From Candidatus Dojkabacteria bacterium (lineage in GTDB: Bacteria; Patescibacteriota; Dojkabacteria; B142; OLB20): a stretch of DNA of 64,000 bases. Location of the stretch: the NCBI GenBank assembly GCA_030583785.1, contig CP129475.1, forward strand, positions 1,106,209-1,170,208, read 5' to 3'. The notes under the pieces were generated by a model. The model saw only the letters and a program-made list of their open reading frames with translations. It searched no databases and was not told the DNA's origin. Position numbers and translations under genes: made by a program. This document shows, piece by piece, positions 49,100 through 58,656 of the stretch (within the stretch, counting starts at the first letter, position 1; the number at the start of each line of letters is the position of its first letter).

Positions 49100-49300
49100 A
49101 TGGATTACATTAAATACCCAATAGCAAAAACATTAATTGAATGTATTGAACACTTAGACAAAGGCGGAGAGCTTTGGCAGGAGTTGAGTACAACACCTGA
49201 AGATGGCGAACTAGCTCAAATCGAAGATTATGACGAACTGATGGATTTAGTCGATTATGAAGAAAATGTGGAGAATTGGGAAATCCATCTAGTAGATTAA
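49100..49300 (+). CDS. small acidic hypothetical protein
   Basis: 66 aa, highly acidic (E/D-rich). Confidence 0.3.
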   Translation: MDYIKYPIAKTLIECIEHLDKGGELWQELSTTPEDGELAQIEDYDELMDLVDYEENVENWEIHLVD

Positions 49301-49318
49301 TTTTCAATACCTTTGAGG

Positions 49319-49350
49319 GTGGTAAGGTTAAACCCTCAAATATTGAGCAT
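49319..49350. repeat. hairpin repeat copy 2: CCTTTGAGGGTGGTAAGGTTAAACCCTCAAAT
   Basis: Same 9-bp stem as copy 1, with loop differing at ~4 positions. Confidence 0.6.
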
Positions 49351-49471
49351 TTGGGGCTTACTTTCTTTATCTATAGCCGAAATAAGAAAGTAAGCAAAGA
49401 AAGTTGGCTTTCCATTTAACAAGGAATAAATTTTAAGGTACAATGAGACATATTACTTTGCATTCATTACT

Positions 49472-49678
49472 TTGATGAATTCTATCGCAGAAAAAATACG
49501 AAATAAAAGGTCGGAATTAGGTTTAACCCAAGAGCAACTAGCAATTAAAGCTGGTATCCCTTATACAACGCTCTCAAAGATTGAAAATGATTTAGTCCCC
49601 AATCCCACAATAAAAACATTAAAAAAAATTGCTGATGCTTTGGGTATTTTAGTTGACGATTTATTAGGTAATGATTAG
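49472..49678 (+). CDS. XRE-family HTH regulator (possible controller of downstream R-M module)
   Basis: 68 aa, 'LGLTQEQLAIKAGIPYTTLSKIENDLV'. Its 3' end overlaps the SNF2 gene start by 8 nt. Confidence 0.65.
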   Translation: MMNSIAEKIRNKRSELGLTQEQLAIKAGIPYTTLSKIENDLVPNPTIKTLKKIADALGILVDDLLGND

Positions 49679-52600
49679 AAATTTTAATAATAGAACAACT
49701 AAAGTTGGAGATGATCTAAAAAACACAGTTACTAGTAAAAGCAAAGTTGATGTCGCAGCTGCACTATTTTCAATCTATGGATTTGATTCTCTTAAAAAAG
49801 AATTAAATAAAATCCAATCTATGCGATTTATATTTACAGATCCTACATTTATTGAACTGGATAAAAGCCGAAGAGAACAAAGGTTATTCAAAATAAACGC
49901 GAATTTAACCCAAAAATCAATAAACGGAACAGCTTTAGAGATAAATTTGAGAAACGAACTTAAGGGTAAGGCAATTGCAAAAGAATGCAGGTTATGGATT
50001 GAAAAAAAGGTGAAATTTAAAACAAATACTAGCCATAGGTTTATACAAGAGCAATTAATCATTAATAACGAAGATGAACAATACTTATACAATGGCATAA
50101 ATGAGTTTAGTAGTGCAGGCTTTGGATATGAAAAGGACAATGCAATACTTAGGCAAATTATTAAAACTGATGAGCCTGAAATGACTCGAGAATTCATCAA
50201 AAATTTTAATGAGGTCTGGAATGACGAGTCGGCATTAAAAGATATTACTGATGAGGTTCTTGATTACATAGCGGATTTATATAAAGAAAATTCTCCTGAA
50301 TTTATTTACTACTTAACATTGTTCAATATCTTTGATGAATTCTTGGAAGATATTACTGAAGATGAGTTAGCAAATGAGAAAACAGGATTCAAAGAATCAG
50401 TTGTTTGGAATAAATTGTACGATTTCCAAAAAGACGCTGTACTTGGGATTATAAATAAACTTGAGAGACATAATGGATGTATCCTTGCAGACAGCGTTGG
50501 TCTTGGTAAGACTTTCACAGCTTTAGGAGTAATTAAATACTACCAAGAAAGAAACAAGAGTGTTCTAGTTCTATGTCCAAAAAAACTAAGTGATAACTGG
50601 CAAACATTTCTTGGTAATTATGAAGACAATCCTTTAATAAAGGATAGGTTTAACTATCATGTTCTGTATCATACAGATCTACTGAGAGAACGAGGATTTT
50701 CAAACAGTATTGATTTATCGAGGATTAATTGGGGTAATTACGATTTACTTGTAATTGATGAATCACATAACTTTCGAAATAATGATCAAAGAAAAGATAA
50801 ACTGACAAGATATCAGACTTTACTAAATAAAGTAATTAAGACTGGTGTAAAAACAAAAATTTTAATGCTCTCTGCAACACCAGTAAATAATAGATTTACA
50901 GATTTAAAAAATCAAATTGCTTTAGCATATGAAGGTAAAGTTGATTCTGTTGATGAGAAAATGGATGTTACCAAATCAATTGATGTTATTTTGAGGAATG
51001 CTCAAAAAACTTTCAACGATTGGTCTAAACTTGATATCGAGGAAAGAAACGCCAAAACTTTATTGCAAATGTTAAGTGGTAATTTCGATTTCTTTAAACT
51101 TCTCGACAGCATTACGATCGCACGAAGCCGAAAACATATTGAACGCTATTACGACTCAACAAAAATTGGTAAGTTCCCAAACAGACTTAAACCAATTACA
51201 CATAGATCGAATATTACGAATTTACCCAATTTTATAGAGATTAAAGATTTATATTTAGCCCTCTCAAAGCTTAATTTATCACTGTATACTCCATTTGAAT
51301 ACATTCTAGAAGATAAAAAAGGGTTCTATAGTGATATTTATGATACTAATGTCTCTGAAAGAGTTAGCTTTAAGCAACTTAGTCGAGAACAAAGTCTACA
51401 AAAGCTTATGAGGGTCAACTTACTAAAACGATTAGAAAGTTCTGTTGACTCGTTCAGAATTACCTTGGATAAGTTTATTCAGAAAGTTGAGCATGTCCTT
51501 TCAAGTATTGAGAAATATGAGAAGGAAGGGCTAAATTTTAAAAATAATTCAATTAGTATCGAGACAAATGAAGTCGATTTCGAGAACGAAGATTGGCTAG
51601 ATGAAGATTTCAGTATTGGTGAGAAAGTAAAAATTAATCTCGAAGACATGAATACTACTGGTTGGAAAGATGATTTAAATGCGGATTTAAAGATAGCTTC
51701 TGATTTACTCGCCGAAATGAAGAAAGTGACACCAGAACATGATACAAAACTAATCGATCTAAAAGGATATATTGAGAATAAAATTAAAAATCCAATTAAT
51801 GCAGGTAATAGAAAAGTACTTATCTTCAGTGCTTTTGCAGATACTGTAAATTATCTGTATGAAAACTTAGCACCATATCTCAAGAATAATCTTTCTTTAG
51901 ATGTTGCAAAGGTAACAGGTTCGGATAAAAATGAAGCAACTTTGAAGATTGATACTCAATTCAATAACTTACTAATTCATTTTTCTCCGATTTCAAAGGG
52001 AAGACAGGACAAATACGCTGAAAATAAAGATATTGATGTTTTGATAGCAACTGATTGTATATCAGAAGGTCAAAATCTACAGGATTGTGATACCTTGATT
52101 AATTATGATATTCATTGGAATCCTGTTCGTATTATTCAAAGGTTTGGAAGAATTGACAGAATTGGGTCAAAGAATAAGGATATTCAGTTGATTAATTTTT
52201 GGCCTCAACTATCCTTAGATGATTATATTAATCTTAAGAATCGTGTCGAGACTAAAATGTTTATTGTTGATGCGACAGCTACTGGTGAAGATAATGTATT
52301 AACAAATGAATCTTCTGACCTACTTTTTCGAAAAAAACAATTAGAAAAATTGCAAAATGAAGTAGTTGATATCGAAGATATGGATTCAGGAGTATCAATT
52401 ACAGACTTAGGACTTAACGATTTCAGGATGGATTTAGTTTCGTATTTAAACAGAGTAGGTACATTAGAGAATATTCCTAATGGAATGCACTCTGTTTGTA
52501 GAGCCAATAAATCCATAGGTGTAGATAGAGGTGTAATTTTTGTTCTGAAAAATCTCAATAATGAAGTAAATATTGATAAAACCAACCAATTACATCCATT

Positions 52601-52925
52601 CTATTTGGTGTATATTCGTGAAGATGGAGAAATTTTATCAAATCATCTTAATGTTAAGAACACCCTTGATATTTTGAGGTCTATTTCAAAAGGTCAATCA
52701 GAGCCAATCAAAGATGTGTATGCACTCTTCAACGAGGAGACAAATGATGGAAAGGATATGCATAAATACTCTGAGTTGTTGAACAATTCAATCAGTTCAA
52801 TATTAAATGTAAAAGATGAATCAGATGTTGATAGTCTTTTTAAGGTTGGAGGCACAACTGCCCTTATCAATAGCATTAAAGGGCTTGAAGACTTTGAGTT
52901 AATTTCATTTATTGTGATAAAGTAA
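49671..52925 (+). CDS. SNF2-family (SWI2/SNF2) helicase-like ATPase
   Basis: 1084 aa. Motif I 'ADSVGLGKTFTALGV', motif II 'DLLVIDESHNFRN', 'LSATPVNNRFTDL', and the helicase-C block 'ATDCISEGQNLQDC...NPVRIIQRFGRIDRIGS'. Confidence 0.75.
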   Translation: MIRNFNNRTTKVGDDLKNTVTSKSKVDVAAALFSIYGFDSLKKELNKIQSMRFIFTDPTFIELDKSRREQRLFKINANLTQKSINGTALEINLRNELKGKAIAKECRLWIEKKVKFKTNTSHRFIQEQLIINNEDEQYLYNGINEFSSAGFGYEKDNAILRQIIKTDEPEMTREFIKNFNEVWNDESALKDITDEVLDYIADLYKENSPEFIYYLTLFNIFDEFLEDITEDELANEKTGFKESVVWNKLYDFQKDAVLGIINKLERHNGCILADSVGLGKTFTALGVIKYYQERNKSVLVLCPKKLSDNWQTFLGNYEDNPLIKDRFNYHVLYHTDLLRERGFSNSIDLSRINWGNYDLLVIDESHNFRNNDQRKDKLTRYQTLLNKVIKTGVKTKILMLSATPVNNRFTDLKNQIALAYEGKVDSVDEKMDVTKSIDVILRNAQKTFNDWSKLDIEERNAKTLLQMLSGNFDFFKLLDSITIARSRKHIERYYDSTKIGKFPNRLKPITHRSNITNLPNFIEIKDLYLALSKLNLSLYTPFEYILEDKKGFYSDIYDTNVSERVSFKQLSREQSLQKLMRVNLLKRLESSVDSFRITLDKFIQKVEHVLSSIEKYEKEGLNFKNNSISIETNEVDFENEDWLDEDFSIGEKVKINLEDMNTTGWKDDLNADLKIASDLLAEMKKVTPEHDTKLIDLKGYIENKIKNPINAGNRKVLIFSAFADTVNYLYENLAPYLKNNLSLDVAKVTGSDKNEATLKIDTQFNNLLIHFSPISKGRQDKYAENKDIDVLIATDCISEGQNLQDCDTLINYDIHWNPVRIIQRFGRIDRIGSKNKDIQLINFWPQLSLDDYINLKNRVETKMFIVDATATGEDNVLTNESSDLLFRKKQLEKLQNEVVDIEDMDSGVSITDLGLNDFRMDLVSYLNRVGTLENIPNGMHSVCRANKSIGVDRGVIFVLKNLNNEVNIDKTNQLHPFYLVYIREDGEILSNHLNVKNTLDILRSISKGQSEPIKDVYALFNEETNDGKDMHKYSELLNNSISSILNVKDESDVDSLFKVGGTTALINSIKGLEDFELISFIVIK

Positions 52926-52926
52926 T

Positions 52927-53544
52927 ATGAATTTACAGTTACCAAATAAAGCTCGAGTACAAAAATTTATTCCAAAGAATAAGTTTTTTGCTAAGGCAGT
53001 TGTAAATTCAAAGCTAAAGGACGACTTTACTATCAAAATTGAGAAAATCACATGGCTTTATAAGGTCTCAGAAGAAACTGTTGGAATTCCAAAAACTAAA
53101 AATGTAGAAGAGATTCAAGTTTTTGAAATTATACTAAAGGAACAAGTTATACCTAAGAATATAATAACCTTAATAGATAAGACAATCCCATACCCAATAC
53201 TCTATCGTTTTTTTTATAAAGATCACTTTGCCTTCGGTATTACATACAAAATTGATGGAAACTTTAGTAACTTCTACTCCGAATGGGACTATCCACTTGA
53301 ATTTGAATTTAATGCAAAAAACCTAGAAATTGTGTATCAAAACATCGTGAAAGAGTTTATGCATAAATCGGAAAAGCCACAATTTGAAGAAGCATTCGAA
53401 GACGACAAACAGATTAAGATTCTTGAAAAAAACATTACAAATTTAAAAAATAGGATTAAACTTGAAACTCAATTTAAAAATAAAGTAGATTTGAATGAGG
53501 AGTTAACAAAACTTAAGTTACAATACAATAAATTATTAAACTAA
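52927..53544 (+). CDS. hypothetical protein accompanying the SNF2 helicase (possibly DUF4391-like)
   Basis: 205 aa. The start is 2 nt after the helicase stop. No catalytic motif seen. Confidence 0.3.
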   Translation: MNLQLPNKARVQKFIPKNKFFAKAVVNSKLKDDFTIKIEKITWLYKVSEETVGIPKTKNVEEIQVFEIILKEQVIPKNIITLIDKTIPYPILYRFFYKDHFAFGITYKIDGNFSNFYSEWDYPLEFEFNAKNLEIVYQNIVKEFMHKSEKPQFEEAFEDDKQIKILEKNITNLKNRIKLETQFKNKVDLNEELTKLKLQYNKLLN

Positions 53545-53551
53545 AAACAAT

Positions 53552-55396
53552 ATGAAAAAACTTTCTTTTAAAACACCAGATTTATCTATCGAGAATATTG
53601 AGAAATTACAAAAGTTATTTCCTAATGTTGTAACAGAAAAACAAAATGAGGTAGGCCAAATTGTTAAATCTATTGATTTTGATCTATTAAGACAATTATT
53701 GTCTGATAGTATTGTTGAAGATGAAAACGAGCGATATAGATTAGATTGGCCTGGTAAAAAAGCTTCATTACTGAAAGCAAACACCCCTATTACTAAAACA
53801 CTCAGACCAATTAGAGAAGAAAGCGTTAATTTTGATACAACACAGAATCTCTATATTGAGGGTGATAATTTTGAAGCATTGAAAATACTTCAAGAATCAT
53901 ATCTTGGTAAGATAAAGATGATTTATATTGATCCACCTTACAATACTGGTAAGGATTTTGTTTATAAGGATAATCGTAGTGTTAGCAAAGAAGATTATGA
54001 AGATCAGTTAGGTGTAGAAGATGAAGAAGGAGGAAAGTTATTCAGAAATACAGATACAAATGGAAGATTTCATAGCGATTGGTTATCTATGATGTATGAA
54101 AGATTATTGATTGCAAGAGACCTTTTAAAAGACGACGGAGTAATTTTTATGAGTATTGATGATAATGAAGTTCATAATTTAAGAAAAATTAGTGATGAAG
54201 TATTTGGAGAAGATAATTTTATAATTAATATTTGCCATAAATCAAGAGCTTCTGTTTCGAACGATAAGATTGTATCACCCAACCACAATCACATTCTGCT
54301 TTATGCTAAAGATATTGAAGTTATTGAGTCAATTCGAAGCTCTTTTGGTATAGAACCTGATTTAAATGGCTTTACAAATAGAGATGAAATGGGTGAATAC
54401 AAATTAGTACCAGTTGACGGTCCTGGAGGTGCAATGAAAGGGAATCCGTACTATGAGTTTCTAGGTATAAAAGGATATTGGAGATTTTCGAAGACTACAA
54501 TGCAAAAAATGTATGAAAATGGATTAATAATCAAAAAGGAAAATAGTTTACAACAAAAATATTATAAACAAGATGCAGAAAAAACTAGGAAAACTGTAAC
54601 TTCATGGTGGGATGATAAATTTTATACTTCAAATGCTACAAGAAGTTTAGCTGAGTTGATGGGTGGAAAAGTATTTGATAATCCTAAACATTTAGAATTG
54701 ATAACTAGAATGCTTACTCTACATGTTAGAGATGATAACGATATTGTACTGGACTACTTCTCTGGGTCTGCGACTACTGCTCATGCACTACTTCTACAAA
54801 ATGCTAGAGATGGAGTAAATAGAAAGTTTATTATGATTCAATTACCTGAAGAAACGGATGTAACTAGTGAAGCATATAAATCAGGTTATTTAAATATATG
54901 TCAAATTGGAAAGGAAAGAATTCGCCGAGCAGGTAAAAAAATTATTGCCGATTTTCAAGAACAATTGGAAAAGAGAGAGACACCATTAGATATCGGTTTT
55001 AGAGTCTATAAGGTTGATTCTACTAATATGAAAGACGTGTACTATCACCCATCGGATCTTACTCAGACTACTCTTGAAACTCTTATAGACAATGTAAAAG
55101 ATGACAGAACATCTGAAGATCTATTAACTCAAGTGATGCTTGATTTGGGCTTAGAGCTAACATTACCGATAGAAGTAAAAGAATACTCTGGTCATAAAGT
55201 GTTTTTCGTACAAGGTAATACTCTAATTGCCTGTTTTGAAAAAATAAAGGATTTTTCAATCGTTGATGATTTAGCAAAGCTAGAACCACTAAAGGTAGTA
55301 TTAAAAGATTCAAGTTTTGTAGATGACAAGGATAGAATCAATTTTGAGAATAGATTCAAGAGATTTTCACCCGATACTCAGATAACAGTGATTTAA
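53552..55396 (+). CDS. Type III R-M Mod-like N6-adenine DNA methyltransferase (beta-class)
   Basis: 614 aa. Motif IV 'IYIDPPYNTG' precedes motif I 'VLDYFSGSATTAHA', the beta-class order. Confidence 0.75.
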   Translation: MKKLSFKTPDLSIENIEKLQKLFPNVVTEKQNEVGQIVKSIDFDLLRQLLSDSIVEDENERYRLDWPGKKASLLKANTPITKTLRPIREESVNFDTTQNLYIEGDNFEALKILQESYLGKIKMIYIDPPYNTGKDFVYKDNRSVSKEDYEDQLGVEDEEGGKLFRNTDTNGRFHSDWLSMMYERLLIARDLLKDDGVIFMSIDDNEVHNLRKISDEVFGEDNFIINICHKSRASVSNDKIVSPNHNHILLYAKDIEVIESIRSSFGIEPDLNGFTNRDEMGEYKLVPVDGPGGAMKGNPYYEFLGIKGYWRFSKTTMQKMYENGLIIKKENSLQQKYYKQDAEKTRKTVTSWWDDKFYTSNATRSLAELMGGKVFDNPKHLELITRMLTLHVRDDNDIVLDYFSGSATTAHALLLQNARDGVNRKFIMIQLPEETDVTSEAYKSGYLNICQIGKERIRRAGKKIIADFQEQLEKRETPLDIGFRVYKVDSTNMKDVYYHPSDLTQTTLETLIDNVKDDRTSEDLLTQVMLDLGLELTLPIEVKEYSGHKVFFVQGNTLIACFEKIKDFSIVDDLAKLEPLKVVLKDSSFVDDKDRINFENRFKRFSPDTQITVI

Positions 55397-55403
55397 CTTC
55401 TGA

Positions 55404-58400
55404 TTGATAAAAATTATGAAATTAAAATTTAAACAACAAAAATATCAATCAGATGCTACTGAGTCAATTACGAACCTATTTCTTGGACAATCAAAGGGTT
55501 TAAGAAAAGAAATGGTAGGTAGACAAGGGTTTATGGTTGAAGAGATATTTTCAAATAAGAAATTAGAACTTTCTGAAGCTGAAATTCTAAACAATTTACA
55601 ATTAGTTCAAAAACAAAATGCCTTAAAGGTTTCAAAGAAACTTGAAGGACTGAACTTTACAGTTGAGATGGAAACTGGAACTGGTAAGACATATGTTTAC
55701 ACAAAAACTATGTTTGAACTTAATAAGTTGTATGGTTGGAGTAAGTTTATTATTCTCGTCCCATCTGTTGCAATTAGAGAAGGTGTTAATAAGTCATTAG
55801 AAATCACATCAGACCATTTTCAAGAAATATATGGAAAACGAATCAGATTTTCTATTTACAACACTCAAAACAAGTCGAATTTAAACAATATAAAGTCATT
55901 TGCAAATACTAGTAACATCGAAGCCATCATAATGAATTATCAGGCTTTCGCTACGAATAGCAAAGAATCACGAAAGATTTTTCAGAAACTTGATGGACTG
56001 CAATCTGAAAAACCAATCGATATTATTAAAAGATCTAGACCAATATTGATTGTTGACGAACCTCAAAGATTTGGCAATGCCGAATCAATGTTCCATGAAT
56101 TCAACCCTTTGTTCATATTAAGATATTCAGCAACACATAAAGCAGACAAAGAATACAACAAGGTTTATAGCCTAGATGCAATTGATGCATTTAATCAAAA
56201 ACTTGTGAAGAAGATTAGTGTTAAAGGAATTGAGGTCGTTGGTAATAGTGGTACAAATAGTTTCCTATTTCTAGACAGAATAAATATTAGCAAAGATTCA
56301 TTTCCAACAGCGAATATTGAACTTGAAGTAAAGCAACAGAGTGGCATTAAGAAATCAATAAGACGAATAAAAGAGACAGATGATTTGTTCCAATTGTCAG
56401 GAGAGTTACAACAGTATAAGGGTTTTGTTGTTAAAGAAATTAATGGATTATCAAACAAAGTTAGTTTCATTAATGGTATATCCGTAAGTGTTGGACAAAC
56501 AATTGGAGATGTCGATGAAGTTCATCTTAGAAGGATTCAGATTAGGGAAACAATTAAATCTCACCTTGAGAAAGAACAAACGATGTTTTCTAAGGGAATA
56601 AAGGTTTTATCGTTATTTTTTATTGATGAAGTATCTAAATATAAGACATATGACGATAATAACAATGAAATAAAGGGTGATTATGCAAAAATATTTGAAG
56701 AGGAGTATGAACAAGCTACTAGTCAAAAATCATTATTCAATCAGGAGTATAACGCATACCTTGAAAAATTTAGAGTTAGCGAAGTGCATAATGGATACTT
56801 CTCTATTGATAAAAAAGGAAGAATTATTAATTCGACTGAAAAAAGAGGAAGTTTGGGGAGTGATGATGTAAACGCTTACGACTTAATAATGAAGAATAAG
56901 GAGAGATTACTTAGTTTTGAAGAACCTACAAGGTTTATATTTTCCCATTCGGCACTCAGAGAAGGTTGGGATAATCCGAATGTTTTTCAGATATGTACTT
57001 TAAAACATAGTCAATCAACGATAAGCAAAAGACAGGAAATAGGTCGAGGACTTAGGATTAGTGTGAATAACGATGGGGATAGAATGGACTTTGAAAAACT
57101 TGAGACAGATTTCTTTGGTGTAAATACTCTCACTGTTATCGCAAGTGAATCTTATGATAATTTTGCACGAGAATTGCAAACAGAAATTTTAGACTCATTA
57201 TCCGATAGACCTATTAAGCTAACTGTTGATGTTCTGAAAAATAGAATACTTAAGAATACTGAAGGAGCTGAGTATTTATTTGATGATACAAAGGCAATGA
57301 ATCTGATTTTCAAGTTTCGAGAAAATGGATACTTGTCGGAAGACTATACATTAACTGAAAAACTTATCAAAGATATTGATAACGAAACATTGCTATTACC
57401 TTCTGACTTAAAAGAATATTCAATAGAAGTATCACAGATCATGAAGAAAATCTATGATACTGCAACATTTACAGCTACAAGCAATGAGAAAGCGGATAAT
57501 GTATTTGAAAAAGAATTAAAACCTAACGATAACTTTGCGAAAAAAGAATTTCAAGAACTTTGGAGCAAAATAAAAGTAATGACTGTTTATGATGTTTCAT
57601 TCGAAAGTAATGAGCTTATTAGTAAATCCGTAGAAGCGATTAATAAAGAATTAGAAGTAAGAAAAGTCATAATTAAAACAACACAAGGAGGACAAGTCGA
57701 AGAATTAACTGAGGAACTTTTGAAGGCGGGTGAAAGTATGACTTCAGCAAATATTCAGACTATGAGTGCAAAATCTATATTAGGAAATGTTAAATATGAT
57801 TTGATTTCAGAAATTACAAAAGGAGCAAATATAACAAGACAAACCGCTGTATCAATTTTACAAAAGATTAGTTCTCATAAGTTTGAATTATTCCAAGAAA
57901 ACCCTGAAGATTTTATTCAAAAAATAGTCAACCTTATTAATCAAGAAAAAGCAACAACCCTGATAAACAACATTACTTATTCGAAAATCAATGCGACTTA
58001 TGGAGATGACATTTTTACAATTAACAACTTTCAGGGATCATTACAGAAGAATATTCTTGAAGTAAAAAAACACATATACGATTACGTTAAAACAGACTCT
58101 GATGTAGAAAGAAAATTTGCAAATGACATGGAGAATGGAGAAATCTTAGTTTATGCAAAACTACCAAGCGGTTTTAAAATTCCTACACCTGTTGGTAATT
58201 ATAATCCCGATTGGGCTATCGTCTTTGATACCACAGACGTTAAATATATCTATTTTATAGCTGAGACCAAAGGTAGTATGAGTACAATGGATTTGAAGAA
58301 GACAGAGGAGTTAAAAATTGAGTATGCAAGAAAGCACTTCGAGTCGCTTGGAAACAAAGACATTAAGTATGATGTGATTACTACATACGATGATTTAAGG

Positions 58401-58418
58401 AATAAAGTAATGCAATAA
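55404..58418 (+). CDS. Type III restriction enzyme Res subunit (SF2 helicase + nuclease)
   Basis: 1004 aa. Motif I 'METGTGKTYV', motif II 'ILIVDEPQRF', 'ICTLKHSQSTISKRQEIGRGLR' (motif VI-like), and a C-terminal PD-(D/E)xK-like region. Confidence 0.7.
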   Translation: MIKIMKLKFKQQKYQSDATESITNLFLGQSKGLRKEMVGRQGFMVEEIFSNKKLELSEAEILNNLQLVQKQNALKVSKKLEGLNFTVEMETGTGKTYVYTKTMFELNKLYGWSKFIILVPSVAIREGVNKSLEITSDHFQEIYGKRIRFSIYNTQNKSNLNNIKSFANTSNIEAIIMNYQAFATNSKESRKIFQKLDGLQSEKPIDIIKRSRPILIVDEPQRFGNAESMFHEFNPLFILRYSATHKADKEYNKVYSLDAIDAFNQKLVKKISVKGIEVVGNSGTNSFLFLDRINISKDSFPTANIELEVKQQSGIKKSIRRIKETDDLFQLSGELQQYKGFVVKEINGLSNKVSFINGISVSVGQTIGDVDEVHLRRIQIRETIKSHLEKEQTMFSKGIKVLSLFFIDEVSKYKTYDDNNNEIKGDYAKIFEEEYEQATSQKSLFNQEYNAYLEKFRVSEVHNGYFSIDKKGRIINSTEKRGSLGSDDVNAYDLIMKNKERLLSFEEPTRFIFSHSALREGWDNPNVFQICTLKHSQSTISKRQEIGRGLRISVNNDGDRMDFEKLETDFFGVNTLTVIASESYDNFARELQTEILDSLSDRPIKLTVDVLKNRILKNTEGAEYLFDDTKAMNLIFKFRENGYLSEDYTLTEKLIKDIDNETLLLPSDLKEYSIEVSQIMKKIYDTATFTATSNEKADNVFEKELKPNDNFAKKEFQELWSKIKVMTVYDVSFESNELISKSVEAINKELEVRKVIIKTTQGGQVEELTEELLKAGESMTSANIQTMSAKSILGNVKYDLISEITKGANITRQTAVSILQKISSHKFELFQENPEDFIQKIVNLINQEKATTLINNITYSKINATYGDDIFTINNFQGSLQKNILEVKKHIYDYVKTDSDVERKFANDMENGEILVYAKLPSGFKIPTPVGNYNPDWAIVFDTTDVKYIYFIAETKGSMSTMDLKKTEELKIEYARKHFESLGNKDIKYDVITTYDDLRNKVMQ

Positions 58419-58440
58419 TTAAATTATTAATGGTATTTAT

Positions 58441-58656
58441 ATGAATAGACAATTAGTTAGCTCATCAAACATTGCAAGTATTGGATACGATCCAGATATG
58501 CAAACTCTTGAAATACAATTTCATAACGGAGGTATTTATCAATATTATAATGTTCCAGTAAGCATTTATAATGCATTAATGTCTGCATCTTCACATGGTG
58601 CTTACTTTGATCAACACATCAAAAAATCAGGTTATAGATTTAGTAAAGTAGGATGA
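58441..58656 (+). CDS. KTSC-domain small protein
   Basis: 71 aa. The '...IGYDPDMQTLEIQFHNGGIYQYYNVPVSIYNALMSASSHGAYFDQHIK' pattern matches the KTSC (PF13619-like) consensus as I recall it. Its stop overlaps the next start (ATGA). Confidence 0.55.
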   Translation: MNRQLVSSSNIASIGYDPDMQTLEIQFHNGGIYQYYNVPVSIYNALMSASSHGAYFDQHIKKSGYRFSKVG

